Below are positions 1-9,487 of a stretch of DNA of 64,000 nucleotides, in pieces; positions within the stretch are counted from its first letter, which is position 1, and every line of letters begins with the position of its first letter. Origin of the DNA: Lepidodermella squamata (Eukaryota > Animalia > Gastrotricha). The stretch is from NCBI GenBank assembly GCA_047495785.1, contig JBLDXI010000054.1, positions 2,170,001-2,234,000 on the forward strand, in the 5' to 3' direction. Made by a program: the position numbers and the translations under genes. Below the pieces are notes generated by a model. The model did no database searches, was not told the DNA's origin, and saw only the letters and a list, made by a program, of their open reading frames with translations.

Positions 1-730
1 TCTCCTTGCTGCCGACTGACGCCAAGCTCGATCGTGGCTCGGTGGATGACCCAGTTTCTTGAAAGTCAACACCTTCTCCCTGAGAAATCAGTTTGCCTTC
101 CGTCCGCACCATTCCGCGCCAGATGTCCCACTTCGCATCGTTCATCGCGTCCACGTCAACCGCTCCCTGCGCAAGAAGACTGTTGTGGCAGGCCTGGATG
201 TTCAGGCGGCCTACGATTCCGTGTGGCACGCCGGCTGGCCAAGCTGCCTCTCCCGCGAAATTTGGTCGGCTGGTTGGCCGACTATCTTCGCGACCGTCGT
301 CTGCAAGCTCGCGTGGCGGGCTCGCTGAGTCGTCAAGTCGTCGTCCATTGCGGGGTGCCGCAGGGTTCCCCGTTGTCGCCGCTTCTCTACATTCTGTACA
401 CCGCCGATTTGCTGTCCGCCCCAAGCGTGGATGGCACGTTGCTGCAGGCCTACGCGGACGATCTAACTGTCGTCGGCGAGGGTGGCACGTTCCCTGCTGC
501 TCAGCGTCGCCTCCAATTGGAGCTCACTCGTATTTCCGACTGGGCCAAGAAATGGCGCCAGAAGTTTAATCCCGCGAAGAGCGAAGTTATGCCCTTTGGT
601 AACGCGTCCGTTGATGTTAGGCTCAACGGAGCCGTAATTCCGCAAGTCGAGTCGTTACGAGTTCTCGGTGTTCACTTGGACCCTAAACTGACGTGGAAAG
701 TTCATGTGGACAAGGTCTCTGACCGTTGCC
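1..730 (+). mobile_element. Non-LTR retrotransposon RT fragment (I/Jockey-like), frameshifted and 3'-truncated; abuts an intron of homeobox copy 1
   Basis: RT motifs NQFAFR, LDVQAAYDSVWH, GVPQGSPLSPLLY, YADD, LGVHLD across two frames; related to elements at 9488-13080 and 21000-21232; at 731 the sequence switches to homeobox-gene intron. Confidence 0.9.
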
Positions 731-766
731 CAATTATAATTGTTGGATAAAGAATAAGTCATTTAC

Positions 767-824
767 GTTTTCGAGAAGTTCAAGCTGCTCTTTTTTCAAA
801 TTGATTTTATTCCTTCGACTTGGA
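767..824 (-). pseudogene. Orphaned 3' end of coding exon 1 of homeobox copy 1 (start of HD5)
   Basis: 731-824 aligns with 16952-17045 and other copies; GT donor at 766; it is the continuation of sequence ending at 4631. Confidence 0.85.
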
Positions 825-907
825 TTGGAAAATATCTGCGTATCGATTTTCGAATTCTAAGATAGGAGACGTTTTATAAAAATAACTGATTGATTGCAAC
901 CTGACAA

Positions 908-1597
908 ATGGCTAGCAACACCTTGCGAATCAAACTTCTGCAGATGGCCGAAAGCGATGAAATAAGTGAATTAACCAAGAAACTTGGTTTCTCGATAGCT
1001 TCTATGCTCGGCGATTTGGTCTCGATCGAGACTGAGCGGAAGGATGAAATATTGCTGGTCACTCAACAGTACCAGCAATTTGTCGAAGAAGTCAAAGAAG
1101 ACTGTGCCGACAACGCCGAAAATGTGATTGATGCTATGAAACAAACCCTCAACGAGGTCAATGACAATGGACGTGTCATCGAGGCTGTACACGAGGCCAT
1201 GTCCCAGCGCGACAGGGCGAACAATCTGCTCATTACTGGCATCACGGTTCCGGATGGCAACACGTTCGGGGCCCTGAACGACCTCGTCAACTGTATGGGG
1301 ATCAAGGGATTTGATGTTAATGACCGTATTTGCCGAGCTAATATCATCGTTAACAACAAAGACGAACTGCCGTCCAAAATTATCGTCCAACTCAGGTACG
1401 GGTCCGACAAGAAGCTGTTCCTCGAAAACGCCCCGAAGTTGCGCAAAGTTAGGGGCTGGGAGAAGGTCTTCATCAGCAAGGACTTAACTCCTAGCCAAGC
1501 CAAGGTCGAATTCGAAAAGCGAGAAAGAAGAAGGCTTCAGCAAACACAGACTGGCGCACCGACCAAAAAGAAACTTGAACGCCCTGGTGAGGATTAG
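908..1597 (+). CDS. LINE ORF1 (coiled-coil + RRM-like nucleic-acid-binding protein)
   Basis: Heptad-rich N-terminus, then NNLLITGI...KIIVQL...VFISKDLTP motifs typical of CR1/L2-type ORF1. Confidence 0.8.
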   Translation: MASNTLRIKLLQMAESDEISELTKKLGFSIASMLGDLVSIETERKDEILLVTQQYQQFVEEVKEDCADNAENVIDAMKQTLNEVNDNGRVIEAVHEAMSQRDRANNLLITGITVPDGNTFGALNDLVNCMGIKGFDVNDRICRANIIVNNKDELPSKIIVQLRYGSDKKLFLENAPKLRKVRGWEKVFISKDLTPSQAKVEFEKRERRRLQQTQTGAPTKKKLERPGED

Positions 1598-1684
1598 GAA
1601 CTCGGCGCTCTGTCCTCCAAAGTGACGCTCGGAAACGGCACTCCAAACAATAATCAAATATTAACCGATGAATTATCTGTGAAT

Positions 1685-4483
1685 ATGCCATGCTACGTTA
1701 TTAATACGAGACAGTTAACTAAACCTTGTAAAATATCGAAACTACTCCTAGATCTTATTACTCTAAATATCATGTTTGCTTTCGTGACTGAAACCTGGCA
1801 CGATGAAGATGTTAATACCTCTTTCTTTGAAAATAATGGCTATAGTGTTCACAGAGCTAACCGCTCAGACAGAGGGCATGGAGGGTCTATGCTGTTAGTT
1901 CATAAATCGCTCGAATCTATTCTTATTGCCAATACCTCTATAAACGGATGGTGTGAGATTGTCATTTGTGATGTCCTAATCAACAAAACAAAGCTTCGTT
2001 TGTGCTGCGTGTATAAATCTCCTGGCGCTGACAGCACCGTAACAGAAGAAATGTGTAAGTTCATTGAGAATCACTTGACCGAATCTCTTTTTGTAATGGC
2101 TGGTGACTTCAATTTTCCGGACATAAAGTGGAACAATTTTTCTAATTGTGGAGGTGACAAAGAGCAACTGTTCATCAACTTAGTAAATGATATTAACGGA
2201 AATCAACTGGCCACCGAACCTAACGGACCAGATCGTAAAAACATTCTGAATCTTATTATCACAAATAATCCTATGTTTATTACTGACATTGTTACTGATA
2301 ACTCTTTCCCGAAAGAATTCACTGACCACTGCACTGTAAAATTTTCTATAAATATGAGTGGCGCTTCATCTTCTGAAAACGACAATGAAAGGTACATTGA
2401 TGATTTTTTTAATGCAGACTATGATGAAATATCAAAAATTCTCCAGAGTTTTGATTGGAATGATATACTCTCGGCATGCAAGGATGTTGATGAGCAATAT
2501 ATGCTTTTTCTGTCCATTTATAAAGATGTTTGTGACAAATTTATCGCAAAAAAACTTGTGAAAACCAAATTTAGGCTACCTTGGTGTAATCGCGAATTGC
2601 ATAGACTGGTGAGAAAGCGTGACCGAGTCTGGTCAAAATACATTCGCTGTGGACGAAGGAATATCGATCTCAATAAGTATTGTAAAATCTCTAGAAAAAC
2701 TATTGCCCTTAATAACTCACTCCGTGAATCATACGAGACTCAGCTTGCTAATAGTAATAACATGAAAAAACTTTGCAAATACGTTAACAGCCATTTGAAA
2801 TTTAAATCTCGAATACCATCAATGCTAGTGGATGGTAAAACGATATCTAATCATATAGAAAAAGCCGAACTATTTGCCGAATTCTTTAAATCTCACTTCA
2901 CTGTTGATGATAAATCTCAATTATATGTGCAAAATAAGACGTGTCCTGTTGATAATATACATTTTTCTGATTCACTAATTATTGAAACCCTTAAGGACAT
3001 AAAAATCAACTCGCCAGCTGGCCCTGATCTTGTTAATCCTTTCTTCGTTAGCAAAACTATTAATGCTATAGCTATACCTTTGTCGATAATATTTAACTCC
3101 AGCTACTCATCAGGTTCTATACCTTCTCTATGGAAATTAGCCAATGTGTCGCCTATATTCAAAAAGGGCTCTCCTAATCTGGTGAATAATTACAGACCGG
3201 TCAGTATTACTTGCTTGCCTTGCCGTGTTATGGAAACAATCATTAGGAAGCAATGGATCAGAGTTTTACTTGAAAACAAAATATTATCTTATGAACAATT
3301 CGGATTTATTTCTGAGAAGTCATGCGAGACCCAACTACTAGATTGTCTTAATAAGTGGTGTGAACTAATGGACAAAGGAATGTCGCTACATTGTATATAT
3401 TTCGACCTATCAAAAGCCTTCGACACTGTGCCACACTCTAAACTAATGAATGTCTTGGAATCTTTTAATGTTAATCGATGTCTGCTTAGCTGGATTTCTT
3501 CATTTCTAACTGGTCGCAAATTTAGAGTAAAAATACACAACTCGTTCTCTGATTGGTACGATGTTAGCAGCGGAGTCCCTCAAGGCAGTGTGCTGGGCCC
3601 TTTGCTATTCCTACTTTATATAAATGATCTTCCTAAATATATAAAATTTAGTATTATTCGTATGTTTGCCGACGACATCAAATTATTTCCGCACACTTCT
3701 CTTACTCCGGTTGACAAAGAAAAAAATATTTTTGACTACAGCTACATTCAAAAAGATGTTGATAGCATTGTAAATTATCTTAAAGAACGACAACTGATTC
3801 TAAATTCTGAAAAATGCGTTATATTAAAAATTAATACCTCTGAATCTGTAAATATAAAAATCGGGAATAACTATCTTGAATGTGTTGACGAAATTCGTGA
3901 CCTTGGTGTAATTGTCGATAGTAATCTGAACTTCTCTAATCACTGTGCTAAGACTGTGGCAAAAGCTAGAAAAATATGTGGCATGATACTTCACTCCTTC
4001 CAGACTAAGAAAGTTGATATATTAATGAAAGCTTTCGATATCTATGTACTACCTATAGTTCTTTATTGTAGCACAGTATGGTCTCCTAGGTTTATCGGTG
4101 ACCAGAAGTTGTTAGAAAGTGTTCAAAAAAATTTCACGTGGCGAGTCATGAAAACACACGACTATGAATTAAGGCTTCGTTCTCTTAATCGCTTAAGTAT
4201 TATTCAACGCCACCAAGTAAGGGACCTGTGCGTTACAACTGATATTCTAAAAGGAAATGTTAACTTGCATACCACTTGCTTTTTCGATATTAAAAAATCT
4301 AATTATGACACGCGTAGTCACAAGTATTATCTCTTAATGCGTAAATCTCATCTCGATGTATTGTATAATTTTTTCAGCTATAGAGTAGTTAATAAGTGGA
4401 ACAAATTGCCTGTAAATATTATTGATATCAAAGATAGACTTATCTTTAAAAATAATGTTAAAAATTCTATCTCAATGCTGTGA
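1685..4483 (+). CDS. LINE ORF2: apurinic-like endonuclease + reverse transcriptase
   Basis: APE motifs (VTETW, GGS, VYKSP, GDFNFP, TDH); RT motifs (NYRPVS, DLSKAFD, GVPQGSVLGP, FADD, DLGV); CR1-type C-terminus TRSH...FFSYRVVNKWNKLP; first ATG at 1685, frame open from 1598. Confidence 0.95.
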   Translation: MPCYVINTRQLTKPCKISKLLLDLITLNIMFAFVTETWHDEDVNTSFFENNGYSVHRANRSDRGHGGSMLLVHKSLESILIANTSINGWCEIVICDVLINKTKLRLCCVYKSPGADSTVTEEMCKFIENHLTESLFVMAGDFNFPDIKWNNFSNCGGDKEQLFINLVNDINGNQLATEPNGPDRKNILNLIITNNPMFITDIVTDNSFPKEFTDHCTVKFSINMSGASSSENDNERYIDDFFNADYDEISKILQSFDWNDILSACKDVDEQYMLFLSIYKDVCDKFIAKKLVKTKFRLPWCNRELHRLVRKRDRVWSKYIRCGRRNIDLNKYCKISRKTIALNNSLRESYETQLANSNNMKKLCKYVNSHLKFKSRIPSMLVDGKTISNHIEKAELFAEFFKSHFTVDDKSQLYVQNKTCPVDNIHFSDSLIIETLKDIKINSPAGPDLVNPFFVSKTINAIAIPLSIIFNSSYSSGSIPSLWKLANVSPIFKKGSPNLVNNYRPVSITCLPCRVMETIIRKQWIRVLLENKILSYEQFGFISEKSCETQLLDCLNKWCELMDKGMSLHCIYFDLSKAFDTVPHSKLMNVLESFNVNRCLLSWISSFLTGRKFRVKIHNSFSDWYDVSSGVPQGSVLGPLLFLLYINDLPKYIKFSIIRMFADDIKLFPHTSLTPVDKEKNIFDYSYIQKDVDSIVNYLKERQLILNSEKCVILKINTSESVNIKIGNNYLECVDEIRDLGVIVDSNLNFSNHCAKTVAKARKICGMILHSFQTKKVDILMKAFDIYVLPIVLYCSTVWSPRFIGDQKLLESVQKNFTWRVMKTHDYELRLRSLNRLSIIQRHQVRDLCVTTDILKGNVNLHTTCFFDIKKSNYDTRSHKYYLLMRKSHLDVLYNFFSYRVVNKWNKLPVNIIDIKDRLIFKNNVKNSISML

Positions 4484-4616
4484 TGCGGATGGACAGGGCG
4501 CATAAGTGTCCCTGGCTCCAGATTTATCAATATATATGTGATATATATAACTACTTAGTATCTATATGATAGATACCTAAAAAATTGTAACATGTTGGGA
4601 GCAAAAATAAAACTAA

Positions 4617-5447
4617 CTAACTAACTAACTGACGGTCTCGAAATCGACATCGCATCCGGCAGAACCACATTTTGATGCGCTCTACTGAAAAACCTGTTTT
4701 TACGGCCAGGTCTTCCACTTCCGCCTTCCCCGGGGAAGAATTGGCTAGAAAAGCGCTCCTCAATACGTCAAACTGATCCTTATTCATCGGACGCTTCTTG
4801 TGCTCCATTATTTTGGGGTCCCGATTCCTGAGAAGCCAACCATAAACTTTCCGTCGATTTTCGGACATTTCTCTGGCCACGGAGTAACTGAGTTTCGCTA
4901 GTGATTTATCCTGGTTTTTCCTCCAGGCTTCCAAGTGGCGGCGCAATTCTTCAAGCTGCCAGCTTTCGAATTTCTTATTTGCTGGAGTTGTCTCTGCAAA
5001 TGATTGTCGGCGCTGCTGATCTTGATACATTGCGTGCCATTCAGAGCCTACGGTTCCGCGTCTACGACGACGAAACCACTGACGAACCATCAACTCTTGT
5101 AATCCGGTGACATCTGCCAATTCCTTAATATCTTTCACTGCAGGATAGGCGTTGGCTTCGAATGCGTTGGCAAGTATTTCCTGTTGCGCTCTAGATGTGT
5201 AATATCGAGATTTAGCCCTTGCAACCGCTATGATCTTAGTGTCGCAACGGCGGTGGACCCAATTATAGACACGTTCCTTATCCTCTCCGATTTCTTCAGC
5301 TAAACGTTTGCTCATTACGCAGAGTCGCTCATCGGTACGGTTTTTCTGCCAATCTTCCAGCCTCTTCTGCATTATTTCAAGCTGCCATGGCTCATATCCA
5401 AGCCGCGGGCCATACTTCTTCCGCAGTTTTTCCTTGCCAACACTCAT
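4617..5447 (-). CDS. Multi-homeobox gene copy 1, truncated to 4 homeodomains by CR1 insertion (276 aa)
   Basis: ATG and HD1-HD4 open; the stop comes from the antisense (AACT)n tail; functional status unknown. Confidence 0.75.
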   Translation of the reverse strand: MSVGKEKLRKKYGPRLGYEPWQLEIMQKRLEDWQKNRTDERLCVMSKRLAEEIGEDKERVYNWVHRRCDTKIIAVARAKSRYYTSRAQQEILANAFEANAYPAVKDIKELADVTGLQELMVRQWFRRRRRGTVGSEWHAMYQDQQRRQSFAETTPANKKFESWQLEELRRHLEAWRKNQDKSLAKLSYSVAREMSENRRKVYGWLLRNRDPKIMEHKKRPMNKDQFDVLRSAFLANSSPGKAEVEDLAVKTGFSVERIKMWFCRMRCRFRDRQLVS

Positions 5448-5590
5448 TTGTTATTATGAAACCTAGTTCAGAAAGAATGCAATTTTACGACATCTGTCAA
5501 TGAATCGTTTCAACTTATAAAATAACGTTCGTCCATTATTTTAAAGAAGAAGGTATTTTATCGGATTGTTTAATCGGCATCTAGCAATAT

Positions 5591-5650
5591 CAGCTTGCCG
5601 AGAATAAACCGCATATGCGGTGAAACCCAGTTCACTCCATGCGCATTTCA
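5591..5650 (-). promoter_or_regulatory. Conserved 5' non-coding exon/promoter block of homeobox genes (copy 1)
   Basis: Block with splice donor and palindrome ACCGC-N4-GCGGT recurs at ~14871-14930, ~18412-18470 and ~23545-23600. Confidence 0.55.
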
Positions 5651-5704
5651 CTATTCTTGAGGGAATTTCGCGGCGTACAGAATCTCCCGTATGATTCTAG
5701 GGCC

Positions 5705-7300
5705 TACTAGTGCGCCAGTCGATCTACAAGGTCGTCTATGAAAATGCTGAAGAGCAAGGGCGAAAGTGGGTCACCCTGCTTGACACCGATGGACACCCGA
5801 ACTCGTTGTTAGAGAAGACGAAGGCATCGTAGCTCGTGTACACCGATGACGCGAATGAAGGCTTCGGGGACGCCGCGACAACGGAGCTTCTCGAGCAGCA
5901 TCCAGTGCGAGACAGAGTCGAACGCGGCGGAGGAATCGATGAACGCGCAAAAGACAGCCTCGCGCTTCAGACTGCTAGCGTTTTGTTATAACTCTCCATT
6001 TGACGGTATCTAAATGCTTGTGCGGTGAAACTATTAACGCCGCCGTATTTGCATGCTTGAGTGTCCCTGCGTATTGCCGGTTACGGTAAATTACGTATAA
6101 CTGCGTCGATCTTAGATGATCCCGGTACAATGCCAAATTGTTCGATATCGAGTGGTGAGAAGAGCCACTTTCGTAGGCGCTTTTCGCACAGCCTAGAAAA
6201 TAATTTCGCGACACGTTTCTGAAGGCAAATTGGCCTATAGTTTTCTACGTCTGACCTGATTCTGCCTATCTTGAAAATGATGGCGATTATAATTATAATT
6301 GGAAGCAGATGATGGCGTCATTCCAGTTTGATGGGAAAGCACCCTCGCTGAACACGCGCGTGTAGAGAATGACGAGGTAGTGCGCGAGCTTGTCCATGTC
6401 GGACGATGTCGGATTGTCTCTGATGTCGGCAAAGGAAAGGTCATCGAGACCGGCAGCTGAGTTGGCGTTGCAGACCGAGAGGCAGTCGCGTACCTCAGTC
6501 TCGGATACTGGACCAACGAGCATACCTTCTTTCGTATTAGGCGCTGTCTCGGCTGTGATTGCTGGTTCCCTTTTGCTGAAACTATTCCACCGCCAGAAAC
6601 TGTCCGTGTCCGATGTTTAGTATCGCGGCGTACGCAGAGATAGCGGTTCCGAAAGGTCGTGTCGGGAAGCGATGAGAGACTCACTGGTGGTTCCCGACAA
6701 TTCACGCCATCTCATAGCCATGCCATTCGGTGCTAGCTTGAATTCGAACAGACTTGTTGTTGACCCAGAGCGAATAAGCGGTGGGATGAGCCGCCGGAGG
6801 AGGTGCTGCCTCGAAAGGCGGGGGCTGGATGCCTTGACCCAGCAGATTGAGAAGGTAGGCACGGTAGGCAAAAGCCGGCGGGTGAAAAGAGGTACAATCA
6901 AGCGTTGAAGGAAGTATCAAAGACAGCTTAGCGTTATTTATACGAAGTCTGGTTGTTGGCGCTTGATTGCGGTTATCCGGGCATGATCGGTGTGAGAAGA
7001 AAAGTCCAAGGCTGCATTAATATGGCCAAGGGACCTCGGTCCCGCCTAGGTGGCGCCAACTCAGGAGGATCCAGTAGTAATGGTTGAGGAGGTGGCGCCG
7101 GCGGTTCCGTCCCTTCTGTCGAGCTGTTAGGTATAGCCGGCTGCAAGCTGCTGGTTGATTCCTACTGCAAGCTGCCGCCAGCGCGAGCTGTGATCTCCGG
7201 GAAGTGATGGTCGAAGTCAGAATCGTCTTCTCGCGATACGGACACAACTTCTTCACCGTCGACGTCCGACGAAGTAGGACCTCCTTTACACCTATCACCC
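5705..7300 (-). mobile_element. Decayed non-LTR retrotransposon (RT domain fragments) interrupted by ~325 bp of unrelated DNA (~5976-6300)
   Basis: SAAGLDDL...FPSNWNDAII (6293-6523), AVFCAFIDSSAAFDSVSH (~5900-5960), GVKQGDPLSPLLFSIFIDDL (~5720-5790); upstream limit approximate. Confidence 0.75.
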
Positions 7301-7560
7301 GTGCTCGCAGGCCGCGTACTTCGTAGTAGTTATTAGTTAGCCTGATGTTCGCACACGGCCGACAGTAAGCCGACAGCCCATGCTCTATTAACCATACGTT
7401 GACAGGAGAGAAGCTCCCGAAACAATAATGAGGCTACTTGAGCTCGATGTTCAAAACGTAGCAAAACGAAAATAATAGTCGCATAGTGATTAATTCGCAA
7501 TTAATGAAATTTGTTCGGAAAGCCAATCGACAAATGCAGTCACGACTCATCAATGATAGA

Positions 7561-7860
7561 GAAAATCGAGGTCGGTGTGGTCGGTGGTCGGACTCCGTTT
7601 CTTGAGGCTGCATCAAATTAGTCTGCTGTGAAATTAGTTTCGCACAACCATGGTGCAAATTTGTATGCAGTCGATTGTAGGCCGTGCATCCAATGATTAT
7701 CTAGGGCCGTGGGAGGTTCCGAAGTAATTGAGGCGGGTGCGAGCTTCACAAGATGCGGATTAAGCGGTGCTGAGGGACTGCAATGTCGACACTCCCGGGA
7801 AAATTGCTCAGTGTGGCTTTGCGTTGAAGCATAGCTATACATAGAGAGCGTAGACTTCAC
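7561..7860. repeat. Duplicated spacer segment of the array unit
   Basis: Similar to ~18968-19270 and partly ~15527-15585; a second shared block is at ~7030-7095 and ~16090-16165. Confidence 0.75.
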
Positions 7861-7927
7861 GCAAGTTTTGACGAAGAAATATTTAAATCTAAACCAAAAT
7901 GATTAAAATTTACTTCATGAAAAAGAT

Positions 7928-9438
7928 TCATTGTCCATCATTTGTTGATGTTTTCTATCTCTTGTTCCTTCGATAATCAAACCACCTCCTGAGACGCTTG
8001 ACACCAACGTTCATAACTGAGGAGAGATTTTCGTAATCTGACTGGTTTGGGCATCGCTTACGTCGACACAGCTCTTCCAATTGTTGAATTTGAAAACGCG
8101 TGAACAACTTTGTCTCTCCTTTTGATCCGATCTTCCCTGAGGATATGCCACTCAGGACGTTTCGCACTTTCGCCGGAGTCAGGTTTGTAACTGATGCCAA
8201 GTGTTCTAGCCGTTTAGCGTAGCGCCTGCACGGAATTGCTGCTTCTTTTTCGAGGATCGCAATTTGCCAGGGCTCTAACGCCCATGTGCGGCGTTTTCCA
8301 CCAATGGCGTTCAGTTTACGACTCTACGAATAATTAATTCGGAAACTACATGGTATATGGCTCAACTTACGTTTTCGACTGTCACTTTGTCGCACAGGCG
8401 AGTATTCGTTTGAATTCTTCTCCTTTGAAACCAACCTGCCACCGTAGACCTTTTGACCTGAAGAGCTCTAGCAAGCTCATCTTTACGCGTCCCTGTAGGC
8501 GCTACATTCACAGCAAATTCCTAATTGTTAAATAATTCAATCAAAAGGATTGAACAACGAATAAAATATTCACTTTTTCAAGAAGTTCAATCTGCTCTTT
8601 CTTCAAATTAATGTTATTCCTTCGACTTGAATTGTCTCGAAATCGAAATCGCATCCGGGCGAACCACATTTTCATTCGTTTTACCGACAAACCTCAGGGC
8701 CAGCTCTTCCAATTCCGCCTTCCCCGGGGAAGAATTGGCTAGAAAGGCGCCCCGCAATATGTCGAACTGCTCCTTTTTCATCCGAGGCTTTTTGCGCTCG
8801 ATATTTTTCGGGCCCCGACTCCTGAGAAGCCAGCGATAAACTGTATTTCGATTTGCGGATATTATTCTGGCAACGGAGTAACTGAGTTTCGCTAGCGATA
8901 TATCCTGGTTTTTCCTCCAGGCATCAAAGCGGTGGCTCAATTCTCCGATCTGCCAGCTCTCGAATTCTCTCTTTGCTGGAGTTTTCACGGTATTTGAAGT
9001 TCGGCGTCGCTGGTCTCGACATCTTGCGAGCCCTTTTGACCCTAGGGTTCCGCGTCTATGACAATGAACCCCCTCGTGAATCCTCAACGCCTGTAATCCG
9101 GTGATAGCTGCCAGTTTCTCAATATCTTTCCCTTCAGGATAGGCGTTGGCTTCGAATGCGTTTGCAAGTGTTTCATTTTGCGTTCTAGATTGGCAATATC
9201 GAGATTTAGTCTTTGCAACCGCCATGTCAGTGTCGCGACGGCAGTAGACCCAACGATAGACACGCTCATTATCCTCTCCGATTTCTTCAGCTAAACGTTT
9301 GCTCACTATGCAGAGTTTCTCATCGTTTCGGTTATTCTGCCAATCTTCTAGTCTCTTCTGCATTATTTCAAGCTGCCAAGGCTCAAATCCAAACCGAGGG
9401 CCATACTGCTTCGGCAGTCCTTCCTTGCCAACACTAAT
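7928..9438 (-). pseudogene. Multi-homeobox gene copy 2 (pseudogene)
   Basis: Exons 9438-8574, 8520-8371, 8323-7928; start codon ATG>ATT; 5-nt deletion frameshift in HD4 (~8695); HD2 helix 3 degenerate (IHEGVH); premature TAG at 7955. Confidence 0.85.
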
Positions 9439-9487
9439 TTGTTATAATCATGAAAAACTTGAGGAAACCTATGTCACAAAAAAAGAA

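Larger units (their letters stand above)
825..4630 (+). mobile_element. Full-length CR1-clade LINE inserted antisense into homeobox copy 1
   Basis: Both flanks rejoin to the homeobox exon (..cgacttgga / gacggtctcgaaatcg..); short 5' UTR, ORF1, ORF2, 3' UTR hairpins, AATAAA and (AACT)n tail at ~4611-4630. Confidence 0.92.

Noticed and set aside
9478-9484. A-run at the end of the minus-strand LINE as a poly(A) tail
   Set aside because: Wrong strand; it matches the polypyrimidine tract of the homeobox leader intron in other copies
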